Part shown: positions 17,609 through 25,738 of the stretch, in pieces
Layout of the letters: each line of letters opens with the position of its first letter
How positions within the stretch are numbered: position 1 is the first letter of the stretch
Source: Candidatus Delongbacteria bacterium
GTDB taxonomy: Bacteria > CAIWAD01
Direction of reading: 5' to 3'
Assembly (NCBI GenBank): GCA_020634015.1
Contig: JACKCN010000001.1
Span: forward strand, 434,779-466,778
DNA: 32,000 nucleotides
Made by a program: the position numbers and the translations under genes
Notes under the pieces: model-generated
Databases searched by the model: none
Seen by the model: only the letters and a program-made list of their open reading frames with translations
What the model was told of the DNA's origin: nothing

Positions 17609-18424
17609 ATGTGCACCATTTTTCTCGCCACGGATCCACACCCCGACTGGAGCCTGCTGCTGCTGGGCAACCGGGACGAGTTCCATGCCCGGCCCAGCCA
17701 GGACTGCGGCTGGTGGCCCGACACACCCGGACTGCTGGCCGGACGGGATCTGCAGCGGGGAGGCATCTGGCTGGGTGTGACCCGTCGCGGCCGATGGTGC
17801 GCCACGACCAATGTGCGCCGTCCGAGCGCACACGAACCGCCCGCGAACGCCCCCAGTCGCGGCAAACTGGGCCTGGAGTTTCTGGCACGCTCCCAGCGTC
17901 TGCACGACTGGCTGGATCGCCTGGCCGAGAGTGCGGGCTCATTTCCCGGATACAATCTTCTGTTGGGCGAAGGGGCTTCGGGGTACTGGGTCAGCAACCG
18001 GTTGCCGCTGGTGTCCGCGGCCGGGCAGTCGATCTGCCGCCGCCTGGACCCGGGCATCCATGGTCTGAGCAATGGCACCCTCAATGAAGACTGGCCCAAG
18101 GTGCGCGAGGGTCGCCTGCGCCTGAAGCAGCTGTTGCTGCAACAGGCCAGACCCGAAGAAGATGCCCTGCTGGACCTGCTGCTTGACCAGCGCACCTGGC
18201 CCGACGCTCAATTGCCCGACACGGGAGTGGGCCCGGAACTGGAGCGCCGCCTCTCGGCCCTGTTCATCCGGGGCCGCGAGTACGGCACGCGCGCCAGCAC
18301 CTTGCTGATCCGCGAACACAGCGGCCGCTGGATCCTGCGCGAACGCCGCTGGGCTCCCGAAGGGGTTCCCGCGGGCGACAGTCGCTTCGAATTCATGGAA
18401 GAAAGCCAGGAAACGCGCACGTGA
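17609..18424 (+). CDS. NRDE-family protein (TANGO2 homologue, Ntn-hydrolase-like N-terminal Cys)
   Basis: ORF 17324..18424 trimmed to ATG 17609 (AAGGA about 7 nt upstream). MCTIFLATDPHPDWSLLLLGNRDEFHARPS contains the Met-Cys start and the eponymous NRDE motif. Confidence 0.8.
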   Translation: MCTIFLATDPHPDWSLLLLGNRDEFHARPSQDCGWWPDTPGLLAGRDLQRGGIWLGVTRRGRWCATTNVRRPSAHEPPANAPSRGKLGLEFLARSQRLHDWLDRLAESAGSFPGYNLLLGEGASGYWVSNRLPLVSAAGQSICRRLDPGIHGLSNGTLNEDWPKVREGRLRLKQLLLQQARPEEDALLDLLLDQRTWPDAQLPDTGVGPELERRLSALFIRGREYGTRASTLLIREHSGRWILRERRWAPEGVPAGDSRFEFMEESQETRT

Positions 18425-20346
18425 AGTCTGCCACACAGTTCAAGGGACCGGCCGCCGCGCGTGTCACGATTCCCTCCGGCTCCGGTATGGGTCGCCGTCG
18501 TGCGCTGGTCCTGGTGGGCATTCATCTGGCGATTGGCGCACACATCCTGCACTGGAAACTGACGGGAAGCACCCTCAGCCCCCTGGAACCCTCCGAGGCG
18601 ATCGCCTTCTCGCGGGACGGGCTGATCAATGCGGGCACTCTGCTCCTGCTGCTGGCGATTCTGGTCACCGCGCTCTTCGGGCGCTTCTTCTGCGGCTGGA
18701 GCTGCCATCTGCTGGCCATCCAGGACGGCTCGCGCTGGCTGCTGGCGCGCCTGGGGCTTCAGCCCCGCCCGCTTGAATCACGCGTGCTGCGCTGGGTGCC
18801 CATGCTGGCCTTCGTCTACATGTTCCTCTGGCCGCTGCTGGCGCGCCTGCTGCAGACACGCGAGGTTTCCGGCCGTCTGGAGCTGATGACACCCACCTTC
18901 TGGGCCACCTTTCCCGGCTGGACCCTGGGCATTCTGACCTTCGTGCTCTGCGGGGCCCTGATCGTCTGGTTTCTGGGCGCCAAGGGTTTCTGCACCTACG
19001 CCTGCCCTTATGGCGCCGCCTTCACCGTGGTGGACAAGGTCTCGCCCCTGCGGATCCGGGTCAATTCCTCCTGCGCGGGCTGTGCGCTGTGCACGAGCGT
19101 CTGCACCTCGGGTGTCAACGTGAGCCGCGAGGTGCACACTCACGGCATGGTGGTCAGCAGCGGTTGCATGAAGACGCTGGACTGCGTGGCGGCCTGCCCC
19201 AACAAGGCCCTGCGCCTGGGCTGGGGACTGCCCGCCCTGGGTCGCGCGGCGGCACGCACGCGTGATCGGCGCACACGCGGTCTGATCTGGATCGAAGAAG
19301 GAATGCTGTTGCTGCTGGCGCTGGCCTCCTTCCTGGCCCTGCGCGGTCTCTACGGCAAGGTCTCGTTTCTGCTGGCTCTGGGAGTCGCGGTGATGGTGGC
19401 CTTCCTGGGGCTCAGCGTCTACCGGCTGTTCCGGGAACACCAGTTCCGCGTGCAATCCTGGGAGCTGCGCCGGGACGGAGAGCTCACCGGAGGGGGCAGA
19501 GTCTTTCTGGGAATGGCGGCGATCGTCATGCTCTTCGTGGCGCATTCTGGATGGATCCAGTGGGAAAGCTGGCGTGCGATCAGCGCTCTCGATCGGGCCA
19601 GCCTGCTGGAAGGTGAGGCCGGTGACACACAACTGGAGATCGCCAGCCAGCATGCCCGACTGGCCGTGTCGTACGGAGTGGCGCCGGACCACCGTATGCA
19701 GATCCTGCTGGCCCGCGTCGCCCAGCGCAGGCAGGATCCCGGCGCTGCCGAAATGCATTACCGGCTGGCCCTGAGGGCCGAACCGCGCAGCCATGCGCTG
19801 CAGGTGGAGCTGGGGGAATTTCTGGTGGCCCACGGGCAGGTCAAGGAAGGCTGGACACTGGTCGAAGAAGGCCTGAAGGGCGCCCCGGGACTGGAACGCG
19901 CGCGCCAGAGCCTGGGCCTGCACTGGCTGGAGACGGGGCGCAGCACCGAAGCGGCCAGACTCTTTGCCGAGGGCGAAAGAATGGACCCGGGTGATCCCGC
20001 CTGGCCCGCGCATCACGGCAATGCCCTGCTGCTCAGCGGCGATCCGGAGCGGGCCGAACTGGCCTGGCAACGGGCGCTGGACCTCCAGCCAGGATACCGG
20101 CCCGCCCTGCGCCGACTGGCTGAATTGCGCTGCCAGCAGGGTCGTTTTCCCGAAGGCCTGTCCATGATCGACGAGCTGCTCGCGGACTCCCCCAAGGACG
20201 CGGAGCTGCAGCTGCTGGCCGCCCGAGCCGCCTGGGCCGGAGGCCAGCGCGAGCGCGCGCGCCTGCACCTGGACCTGGCCCAGCGTTTCGGCGCCAACGC
20301 GGCGGGTGTCAACGAACTCCAGGGCCTGTTGACCCAGGACCCCTGA
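18421..20346 (+). CDS. Membrane polyferredoxin (NapH/FixG/YccM-like, 4Fe-4S) fused to a C-terminal TPR domain
   Basis: 641 aa. FCGWSCHL and FCTYACPYG motifs in TM regions. Two ferredoxin-type Cys clusters, CAGCALCTSVC and CMKTLDCVAACP. More TM helices follow, then about 270 aa of TPR-like repeats (AEMHYRLALRAEPRS..., AELAWQRALDLQPGY...). The GTG start at 18421 overlaps the NRDE stop (GTGA). An alternative start is ATG 18487. Confidence 0.8.
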   Translation: MKSATQFKGPAAARVTIPSGSGMGRRRALVLVGIHLAIGAHILHWKLTGSTLSPLEPSEAIAFSRDGLINAGTLLLLLAILVTALFGRFFCGWSCHLLAIQDGSRWLLARLGLQPRPLESRVLRWVPMLAFVYMFLWPLLARLLQTREVSGRLELMTPTFWATFPGWTLGILTFVLCGALIVWFLGAKGFCTYACPYGAAFTVVDKVSPLRIRVNSSCAGCALCTSVCTSGVNVSREVHTHGMVVSSGCMKTLDCVAACPNKALRLGWGLPALGRAAARTRDRRTRGLIWIEEGMLLLLALASFLALRGLYGKVSFLLALGVAVMVAFLGLSVYRLFREHQFRVQSWELRRDGELTGGGRVFLGMAAIVMLFVAHSGWIQWESWRAISALDRASLLEGEAGDTQLEIASQHARLAVSYGVAPDHRMQILLARVAQRRQDPGAAEMHYRLALRAEPRSHALQVELGEFLVAHGQVKEGWTLVEEGLKGAPGLERARQSLGLHWLETGRSTEAARLFAEGERMDPGDPAWPAHHGNALLLSGDPERAELAWQRALDLQPGYRPALRRLAELRCQQGRFPEGLSMIDELLADSPKDAELQLLAARAAWAGGQRERARLHLDLAQRFGANAAGVNELQGLLTQDP

Positions 20347-20414
20347 GCCTGCCGCATCGATGATTTGTATACGCGAGTCGAAGGTCACCCCCCAGCTGCA
20401 GAAATGAATTCCGA

Positions 20415-21806
20415 ATGCCGCTCGCTTCCCGTTCCGATTCCGTGCCGGAAGGTCTCCGTTCCTGGCAGCCCCCGACCCGTTCGCAGATCCTGAAGCTGGC
20501 CCTGCCGGCGGCGGGCAGTTTCATCCTCAGCAACTTCTACAACATCAACGACCTCTATTTCGCGGGCCGGATCAGCCAGGACGCCAACAACGCCATCGGT
20601 CTCTGCATGATGGTGCTGATCTTCAATGCGGCGTTCATCGTGCTGGCTTCGCGCGGGGCACTGTCGCTGGTGGCGCGCCTGACCGGGGCACGTGATACGG
20701 AAGCCGCTGGCCGCGCGGCCGCCCAGGGCATCCTGCTCAGTTTCTGCATCACGATTCCGGTGGCCGTGCTGGGCTGGCTGATCGCTCCCCACCTGCTGGC
20801 CTGGATGGGTGGACGCGACGAGGTACTGCTGCTGGCCACCCGCTACCTGCGCATGATCTATCTGGGGTTCCCGGTGCTGGCCTTTCAGCCCATGATCGAC
20901 TCGATCTTTCTGGCCCGCGGCAACTCGCGCACGGTCTTCCAGAACCAGTTGATGGCCACGGGTCTGAACACGGCTCTCAACACGGTGGTTGTCTTCGCCC
21001 TGCACGGAGGCCTGGCAGGAATCGCCGCGGCCAGCATTCTCTCGCGTGCCATTGCCGGTGCCCGTGGGTTCTGGTTGTTGACCCGGGGCCGCAATCCGTT
21101 GCCCTTGCCGCCCATGCTCAGCTGGCGCCCACGCATGTCCACCCTGCTGGAAATGATCCGGGTCGGCATTCCGGCAAGTCTCTCGGTGGCCTTCTATTCG
21201 GGCATCTTCATGGTGCTCAATCGCCTGCTCTCGCGCTTTGGGCAGGAGGCCTTCGGAGTGCTGGGCATCGGCATCCGCGGGATCGAGTCGATCGGGTTCA
21301 TGGTGTTGATGGGATTCGGGGTGGCGGCCTCGGCGCTCAGTGGCCAGGCCATTGGCGCGGGACGAGCCGACAGTGCGCGTCTCACGGGTTGGCGGGTCAC
21401 CAGCGCCGCACTGCCGATCGCTTTGTTCTTCAGTCTGGTCTGGTGGTTCCTGCCCCTGCCCCTGATCGGTCTGTACACCCAGGATCCGCGTGTCACGGAA
21501 TTGACCGTGGTCTACCTGCGCATGGCGGCCATCGCCAATCTGTTCCAGCTGATCGAGAACATTCCCGGCGACTGTCTGAGCGGTGCCGGTGTGCCCCGCA
21601 GGCAGTTCATGGTCTCGGTTCCCGGCAACCTGCTGCGCATCCCGCTGGCCTGGGGTCTGGTGGAGTATACAAGCCTGGGCATCAATGCCGTCTGGTTGGC
21701 GATCCTGATTTCCGCGGTTCTCAAGGGACTGGCCATGCTGGCCGTCTTCCGTTTCGCGGACTGGCCCGAGGAAGCGGCACGCAAGCTGCATCGCGCGCTG
21801 GATTGA
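20415..21806 (+). CDS. MATE-family efflux transporter
   Basis: 463 aa with 12 hydrophobic segments. The N-terminus [30 protein letters not shown] is typical of the MATE (NorM/DinF) family. Confidence 0.9.
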   Translation: MPLASRSDSVPEGLRSWQPPTRSQILKLALPAAGSFILSNFYNINDLYFAGRISQDANNAIGLCMMVLIFNAAFIVLASRGALSLVARLTGARDTEAAGRAAAQGILLSFCITIPVAVLGWLIAPHLLAWMGGRDEVLLLATRYLRMIYLGFPVLAFQPMIDSIFLARGNSRTVFQNQLMATGLNTALNTVVVFALHGGLAGIAAASILSRAIAGARGFWLLTRGRNPLPLPPMLSWRPRMSTLLEMIRVGIPASLSVAFYSGIFMVLNRLLSRFGQEAFGVLGIGIRGIESIGFMVLMGFGVAASALSGQAIGAGRADSARLTGWRVTSAALPIALFFSLVWWFLPLPLIGLYTQDPRVTELTVVYLRMAAIANLFQLIENIPGDCLSGAGVPRRQFMVSVPGNLLRIPLAWGLVEYTSLGINAVWLAILISAVLKGLAMLAVFRFADWPEEAARKLHRALD

Positions 21807-21910
21807 TTGCCTTGGGTGACGGTCGACAGGACCGTTGCATCGAGCAGTGTGTTGACGGTCGGTACGACGGTTGTGTCAACCCACACCTTGACCGTCGTGT
21901 CGACCGTCAG

Positions 21911-22198
21911 CTCGTCCACTAGCTCGACCACCATCTCGTCCACCATCTCGTCCACCATCTCGTCCACCACCTCGTCCGCCATCTCGTCCGCCATCTCGTC
22001 CACCATCTCGTCCACCATCTCGTCCACCATCTCGTCCACCACCTCGTCCACCACCTCGTCCACCATCTCGTCCACCATCTCGTCCGCCACCTCGTCCACC
22101 ATCTCGTCCGCCATCTCGTCCACCATCTCGTCCACCATCTCGTCCACCATCTCGTCCGCCATCTCGTCCACCATCTCGTCCGCCATCTCGTCAGACAC
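21911..22198. repeat. Tandem array, 24 units of 12 bp, consensus CTCGTCCRCCAY (minus strand RTGGYGGACGAG)
   Basis: Parsed unit by unit. The 21 core units (21935-22186) differ only at unit position 8 (A/G) and position 12 (T/C): 12 CACCAT, 5 CGCCAT, 3 CACCAC, 1 CGCCAC. Degenerate units lie at 21911-21934 and 22187-22198. No stop codon occurs in any of the six frames. Confidence 0.95.
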
Positions 22199-22232
22199 CA
22201 TGGTGGTCGAAGCGACCGTCACCCCTCCAATG

Positions 22233-22254
22233 AAAACAGCCCCCGAAAGGGCTG
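22233..22254 (-). terminator. Intrinsic terminator downstream of the hybrid kinase gene
   Basis: The minus strand reads CAGCCC-TTTCGG-GGGCTG-TTTT (stems 22249-22254 and 22237-22242, T-tract = complement of 22233-22236). It begins 30 nt after the kinase stop. The stem is short (6 bp). Confidence 0.45.
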
Positions 22255-22283
22255 GAAGCATGTGGAAGACTGGGTGCTTTCGA

Positions 22284-23594
22284 TCAGAGGCCCGGCGGCA
22301 GCGGCCCGGATATCCGTTCCGCGACCCGGTGGCTGAAGTCAATCAGCTTGAAAGGTTTCTGGATCACGGGCACACCCCAGATCCGCGCGATGGCATCCAC
22401 GTCCTCGTCCATCATGAAACCGGTCACCATCAGGGCACGCTGGTCACGATTGCGTTCCTTCAGACGTTTCAGGGTTTCCAGACCGCCAAGGCGGGGCATG
22501 ACCAGGTCCAGGATCACCAGATCAAACGCTTCCCGGGAGTCGGAAAGGCGTTCGAGGGCATCTTCTCCGTCACGCGCACAGACCACCGTGTAGCCCAGGC
22601 GCTCGAGGATCTCGGACGTCGTCTCACGAATGCCCGAATCATCCTCGGCCAGCAGGATCCTGCCCTGACCGGTCCGGACTCTGCTTGTCTGGGGCAGCAC
22701 CTGCTCGCCCGGAGCGGAATCCAGCAAAGGAAGCAGCACACGGACCTGTGTCCCGCTGCCGACCCGGCTGTCCAGCAACAGAAATCCCTGATGCTCAAGA
22801 ATGATCTCGCGTGCCCGTTCGAGACCCTTGCCCGCACGCCCGTGATGGGTGCTGTACCCTCCGGCGAGCACACGTTCCATCAGTTCGACAGGAATGCCGT
22901 AGCCCGTATCGGAGACACAAAGACTCAGGTAGGCCCGCCCGGGTTTTCCCGATCGGTTCGAGGAACCAGGATCGATCCCGGTTGTGACACCTCGACGCAG
23001 CATGGTCAGCTCGGTGGCGCTGAGTACACATTCCTGCAGATGAATGCCCAGAACTCCGCCATCGGGCATGGCTTCCATCGCATTGCGCAGCAGTTCCTGC
23101 AGTGCGCTGAGCAGTGTGGCGGGATTCAGCTGGAGCCAGCCCTCGACGTTCCTGGAATCCCAATGCAGGCGCAAATTGCGATGGCCTGAAACCTGGAGCG
23201 TGCTGCGCAGGATCAGCCAGAGCTGGTCGGGGCTGAGTGTTTCCCGCCCCAGCGCCGACGGCGAGAGCAGGGACAATACCTGACGGGAGGCCGAGCAGGC
23301 ATTCACGATTGATTCTTCGAGTGCGTCCAGAGCACGGCGCGCGGGTGCGGGAAGCCCGGCCTGTTCGGCGCTGGAAGCCGGAATGCCATCCAGCTTGCGT
23401 GCAAGCACCGACAATTCGCCGCTGATGCCCTTGAGCCAGTCAACCAAGGATTCCATGGCCGCGTGATCCAGCACGGCATGCTCCGATTTCGGATTCGGTT
23501 CTGAGTGGGGACCCACCTGGTAGAACGCGTCCACCTGCAGGGTGTGGCGGGATTGACGTACTTGGCGTGGCATCCGGTCTGGCTGAGAAATCAT
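22284..23594 (-). CDS. Cytoplasmic hybrid histidine kinase (divergent DHp + HATPase_c + C-terminal receiver domain), no TM or sensor domain
   Basis: 436 aa. N-box [13 protein letters not shown]1 SDTGYGIP, G2-like GRAGKGLE. Receiver domain: [13 protein letters not shown]...[15 protein letters not shown]...LMVTGF...VIQKPF. GGAG RBS lies 5 nt before the ATG at 23594. Confidence 0.85.
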   Translation of the reverse strand: MISQPDRMPRQVRQSRHTLQVDAFYQVGPHSEPNPKSEHAVLDHAAMESLVDWLKGISGELSVLARKLDGIPASSAEQAGLPAPARRALDALEESIVNACSASRQVLSLLSPSALGRETLSPDQLWLILRSTLQVSGHRNLRLHWDSRNVEGWLQLNPATLLSALQELLRNAMEAMPDGGVLGIHLQECVLSATELTMLRRGVTTGIDPGSSNRSGKPGRAYLSLCVSDTGYGIPVELMERVLAGGYSTHHGRAGKGLERAREIILEHQGFLLLDSRVGSGTQVRVLLPLLDSAPGEQVLPQTSRVRTGQGRILLAEDDSGIRETTSEILERLGYTVVCARDGEDALERLSDSREAFDLVILDLVMPRLGGLETLKRLKERNRDQRALMVTGFMMDEDVDAIARIWGVPVIQKPFKLIDFSHRVAERISGPLPPGL

Positions 23595-23646
23595 CTGTGC
23601 TCCAAGAGCCGCGTTCAGCGGGGCGCGCGGAGTGTGCGATCAATGT

Positions 23647-23677
23647 CGGAACCAAACCTTGTTCCGGAATTCGGAAC
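23647..23677. promoter_or_regulatory. Three alternating CGGAAC / GTTCCG / CGGAAC half-sites upstream of the hybrid kinase (candidate operator)
   Basis: CGGAAC 23647-23652, GTTCCG 23661-23666, CGGAAC 23672-23677. These form perfect inverted repeats with 8-nt and 5-nt spacers. The site lies 53-83 nt upstream of the kinase ATG. Confidence 0.3.
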
Positions 23678-23735
23678 AATAGACACAGGGAGTATCGGCA
23701 AGGGAGTTGCTCAGATCCACCATGCCCGGTCAACG

Positions 23736-23758
23736 AAAAACGGGGCCCGAAGGCCCCG
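23736..23758 (-). terminator. Intrinsic terminator of fbaB
   Basis: The minus strand reads CGGGGCC-TTCG-GGCCCCG followed by TTTTT (complement of 23736-23740). It begins 24 nt downstream of the fbaB stop. Confidence 0.7.
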
Positions 23759-23781
23759 CATCTCGTTGACTGACAGCACGC

Positions 23782-24837
23782 TCAGGCGACGGTCACGCCC
23801 TGCTCGAGGTAGACGTCCTGCACGGCGTTGATGATTTCCACACCCTCGGCCAGCGGCTTCTGGAAGGCCTTGCGCCCCAGGATCAGGCCCATGCCACCAC
23901 CGCGCTTGTTGATCACGGCGGTGCGCACCGCATCGGCCAGGTCATTGGCACCGGAGGCGCCGCCGCTGTTGATCAGCCCACAGCGTCCCATGTAGCCGTT
24001 GGCAAGCTGCCAGCGGACAAGATCAACAGGGTGGTCGCTGCAGAGCGGGCCATAGGCCAGCTTGTCGGTCTTGGCGAACTTGATCGCGTTGAAGCCGCCG
24101 TTGTTTTCGGGCAGCTTCTGCTTGATGATGTCGGCTTCAATGGTCACGCCCAGGTGGTTGGCCTGGCCGGTGAGATCGGCGGCCACATGGTAGTCGACCC
24201 CGTCCTTGACGAATTCGGGATTGCGCAGGTAGCACCAGAGAATGGTGAACAGGCCCTGGGTATGGGCATAGGCGAAGGCCTGGCTGATCTCGATCAGCTG
24301 GCGGTTGCTCTCTTCGCTGCCGAAGTAGATCGTGGCGCCCACGCCGGCCGCACCCATTTCGACGGCCTGATCGACATCGGCGAACATGATCTGGTCAAAG
24401 GTGTTGGGATAGGTCATCAGCTCGTTGTGGTTGAGCTTGACCACGAAGGGAATCTTGTGGGCATACCTGCGGCTGACCATGCCCAGCACGCCCAGGGTCG
24501 AGGCCACCCCATTGCAGCCCGCCTCGATGGCCAGCTTGACGATGTTTTCCGGGTCGAAGTAATCGGGATTGCGCGAGAAGCTGGCGGCCGCGGTATGCTC
24601 GATGCCCTGATCCACCGGCAGGATCGAGAGAAACCCGGTGCCGGCCAGACGACCGGTATGGTGCAGGCGGCTCAGGCTGCCCAGCACGCGATTGCTGCGG
24701 TTGGAAGCCGCAAAGACGGTGTCCAGGTGGTTGGGGCCCGGCAGATGCAGGCGGTCCTTGGTGATGCCCGTGCAGGTGTGATCCAGCAACAGGCGAGCGT
24801 CTTTCTCACCCAGCAGGTTGACGATTCGGTCCAGCAT
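23782..24837 (-). CDS. fbaB: Class I fructose-bisphosphate aldolase (DhnA/FbaB type)
   Basis: 351 aa, collinear by eye with E. coli FbaB along its whole length: [114 protein letters not shown] lies 7 nt upstream. Confidence 0.92.
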   Translation of the reverse strand: MLDRIVNLLGEKDARLLLDHTCTGITKDRLHLPGPNHLDTVFAASNRSNRVLGSLSRLHHTGRLAGTGFLSILPVDQGIEHTAAASFSRNPDYFDPENIVKLAIEAGCNGVASTLGVLGMVSRRYAHKIPFVVKLNHNELMTYPNTFDQIMFADVDQAVEMGAAGVGATIYFGSEESNRQLIEISQAFAYAHTQGLFTILWCYLRNPEFVKDGVDYHVAADLTGQANHLGVTIEADIIKQKLPENNGGFNAIKFAKTDKLAYGPLCSDHPVDLVRWQLANGYMGRCGLINSGGASGANDLADAVRTAVINKRGGGMGLILGRKAFQKPLAEGVEIINAVQDVYLEQGVTVA

Positions 24838-25059
24838 GTCCTGGCCTCCAGAATTCCGATGGTTGGCGTTCGTATACGGGAAGTGGCGTGCAATCTACGA
24901 TTTCCCGGGGTCCGGTAGGAGACCGTATCCAGCCCTGACCCCGGATGGATCCCGACTCTTCTGCCGGGCCCACCTGGTCAAAAGAGTCGCTGATGCGAAA
25001 GAAGCGTTGGCAAGCCAGCCTTGATTCGGGATCTTCCTCGTTGAAACAAGAAAGCCCGC

Positions 25060-25090
25060 AGGAACCAGGACAGGGTGTCCCGGAGTTCCT
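25060..25090. other. Nested imperfect hairpin / inverted repeat in the fbaB-HTH intergenic region
   Basis: AGGAAC (25060-25065) pairs with GTTCCT (25085-25090). Inside it, GGACA (25068-25072) pairs with TGTCC (25076-25080) around a GGG loop. Confidence 0.3.
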
Positions 25091-25186
25091 GCCTGCCTGA
25101 CGGGAGACGCGCAGATCCCGACAGGCAACCGGTCGATTCCCCCTCACCGCCGGATCCAGGCTGCCGCATTGTCAGGAGGTCAGCAC

Positions 25187-25648
25187 GTGCTGAAACGGAA
25201 ACGCATCGATCCCCAGGCCCGGGTCACCCATTCGTCCATCGGGCGCACCATCCGACGTCTGATGGACCAGGCCAACGACGGGCGTGGTATCGGCATCATT
25301 CGCCTGGCACGACAGGCCGGCATCGGCGTTGGCAGCGTTCAGGCCATTCTCAACGACCCGGACCACAGCCCCAGCGTGCGGGTGCTGGACCGACTGGCCC
25401 GCTTCTTCGAACTGAAGGGAGTCTGGGTGCTGGTGCGCGGACTGGACCACGAAGAAGACGTGCTGCGCTGGTTCGCCAGCTGCAAGCTGCGCTTCACGCC
25501 CACCCAGGAAGACATTGCCCGGGTGATCGCGCTCTGCGACCGCTTTCAGGGCTTCGAACCGATGGCCGTGGCGCTCTCGGCCACCCGGGGCCATTCACGC
25601 CGCGAATGGAACGACTTCCTCGATCGCCTGGAGAGCCTGGAACTCTGA
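25187..25648 (+). CDS. Hypothetical protein with N-terminal XRE/Cro-like helix-turn-helix
   Basis: ORF 25169..25648 trimmed to GTG 25187 (AGGAGG at 25174-25179). HTH-like segment IIRLARQAGIGVGSVQAILNDPDHSPSVRVLDRLARFF. The C-terminal half is unrecognised. Confidence 0.55.
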   Translation: MLKRKRIDPQARVTHSSIGRTIRRLMDQANDGRGIGIIRLARQAGIGVGSVQAILNDPDHSPSVRVLDRLARFFELKGVWVLVRGLDHEEDVLRWFASCKLRFTPTQEDIARVIALCDRFQGFEPMAVALSATRGHSRREWNDFLDRLESLEL

Positions 25649-25738
25649 GCCCCGGCTGGCAATCGCCAACGGGCCCTCGTACCTTGGGCGGCTTGCCGGC
25701 GACCGGTCGGTGGTCAGATCCTTCAACCCGGAGTCCAG

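Noticed and set aside
21911-22198. CRISPR array
   Set aside because: The repeats are directly adjacent 12-mers with no spacers, and no cas genes are present. This is a minisatellite, not a CRISPR.
21512-22342. 276-aa minus-strand ORF containing the (M/V)(V/A)DE repeat, as a conventional gene
   Set aside because: As drawn, it overlaps the kinase 3' end, spans the kinase terminator hairpin, and ends 295 nt inside the MATE gene with an Arg/Ser-rich antisense-like tail. A shorter product starting at ATG 22201 remains possible and is discussed as a finding, but I do not call it a CDS.
21807-23189. 460-aa plus-strand ORF starting at the TTG immediately after the MATE stop and in frame with MATE, suggesting stop-codon read-through, selenocysteine or a pseudogenised fusion
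   Set aside because: Being in frame has a 1-in-3 chance. The ORF runs about 900 nt antisense through the well-supported kinase, and its post-repeat translation is junk-like. I see no SECIS-like hairpin directly after the TGA. It is kept only as one reading of the tandem array, not as a gene.
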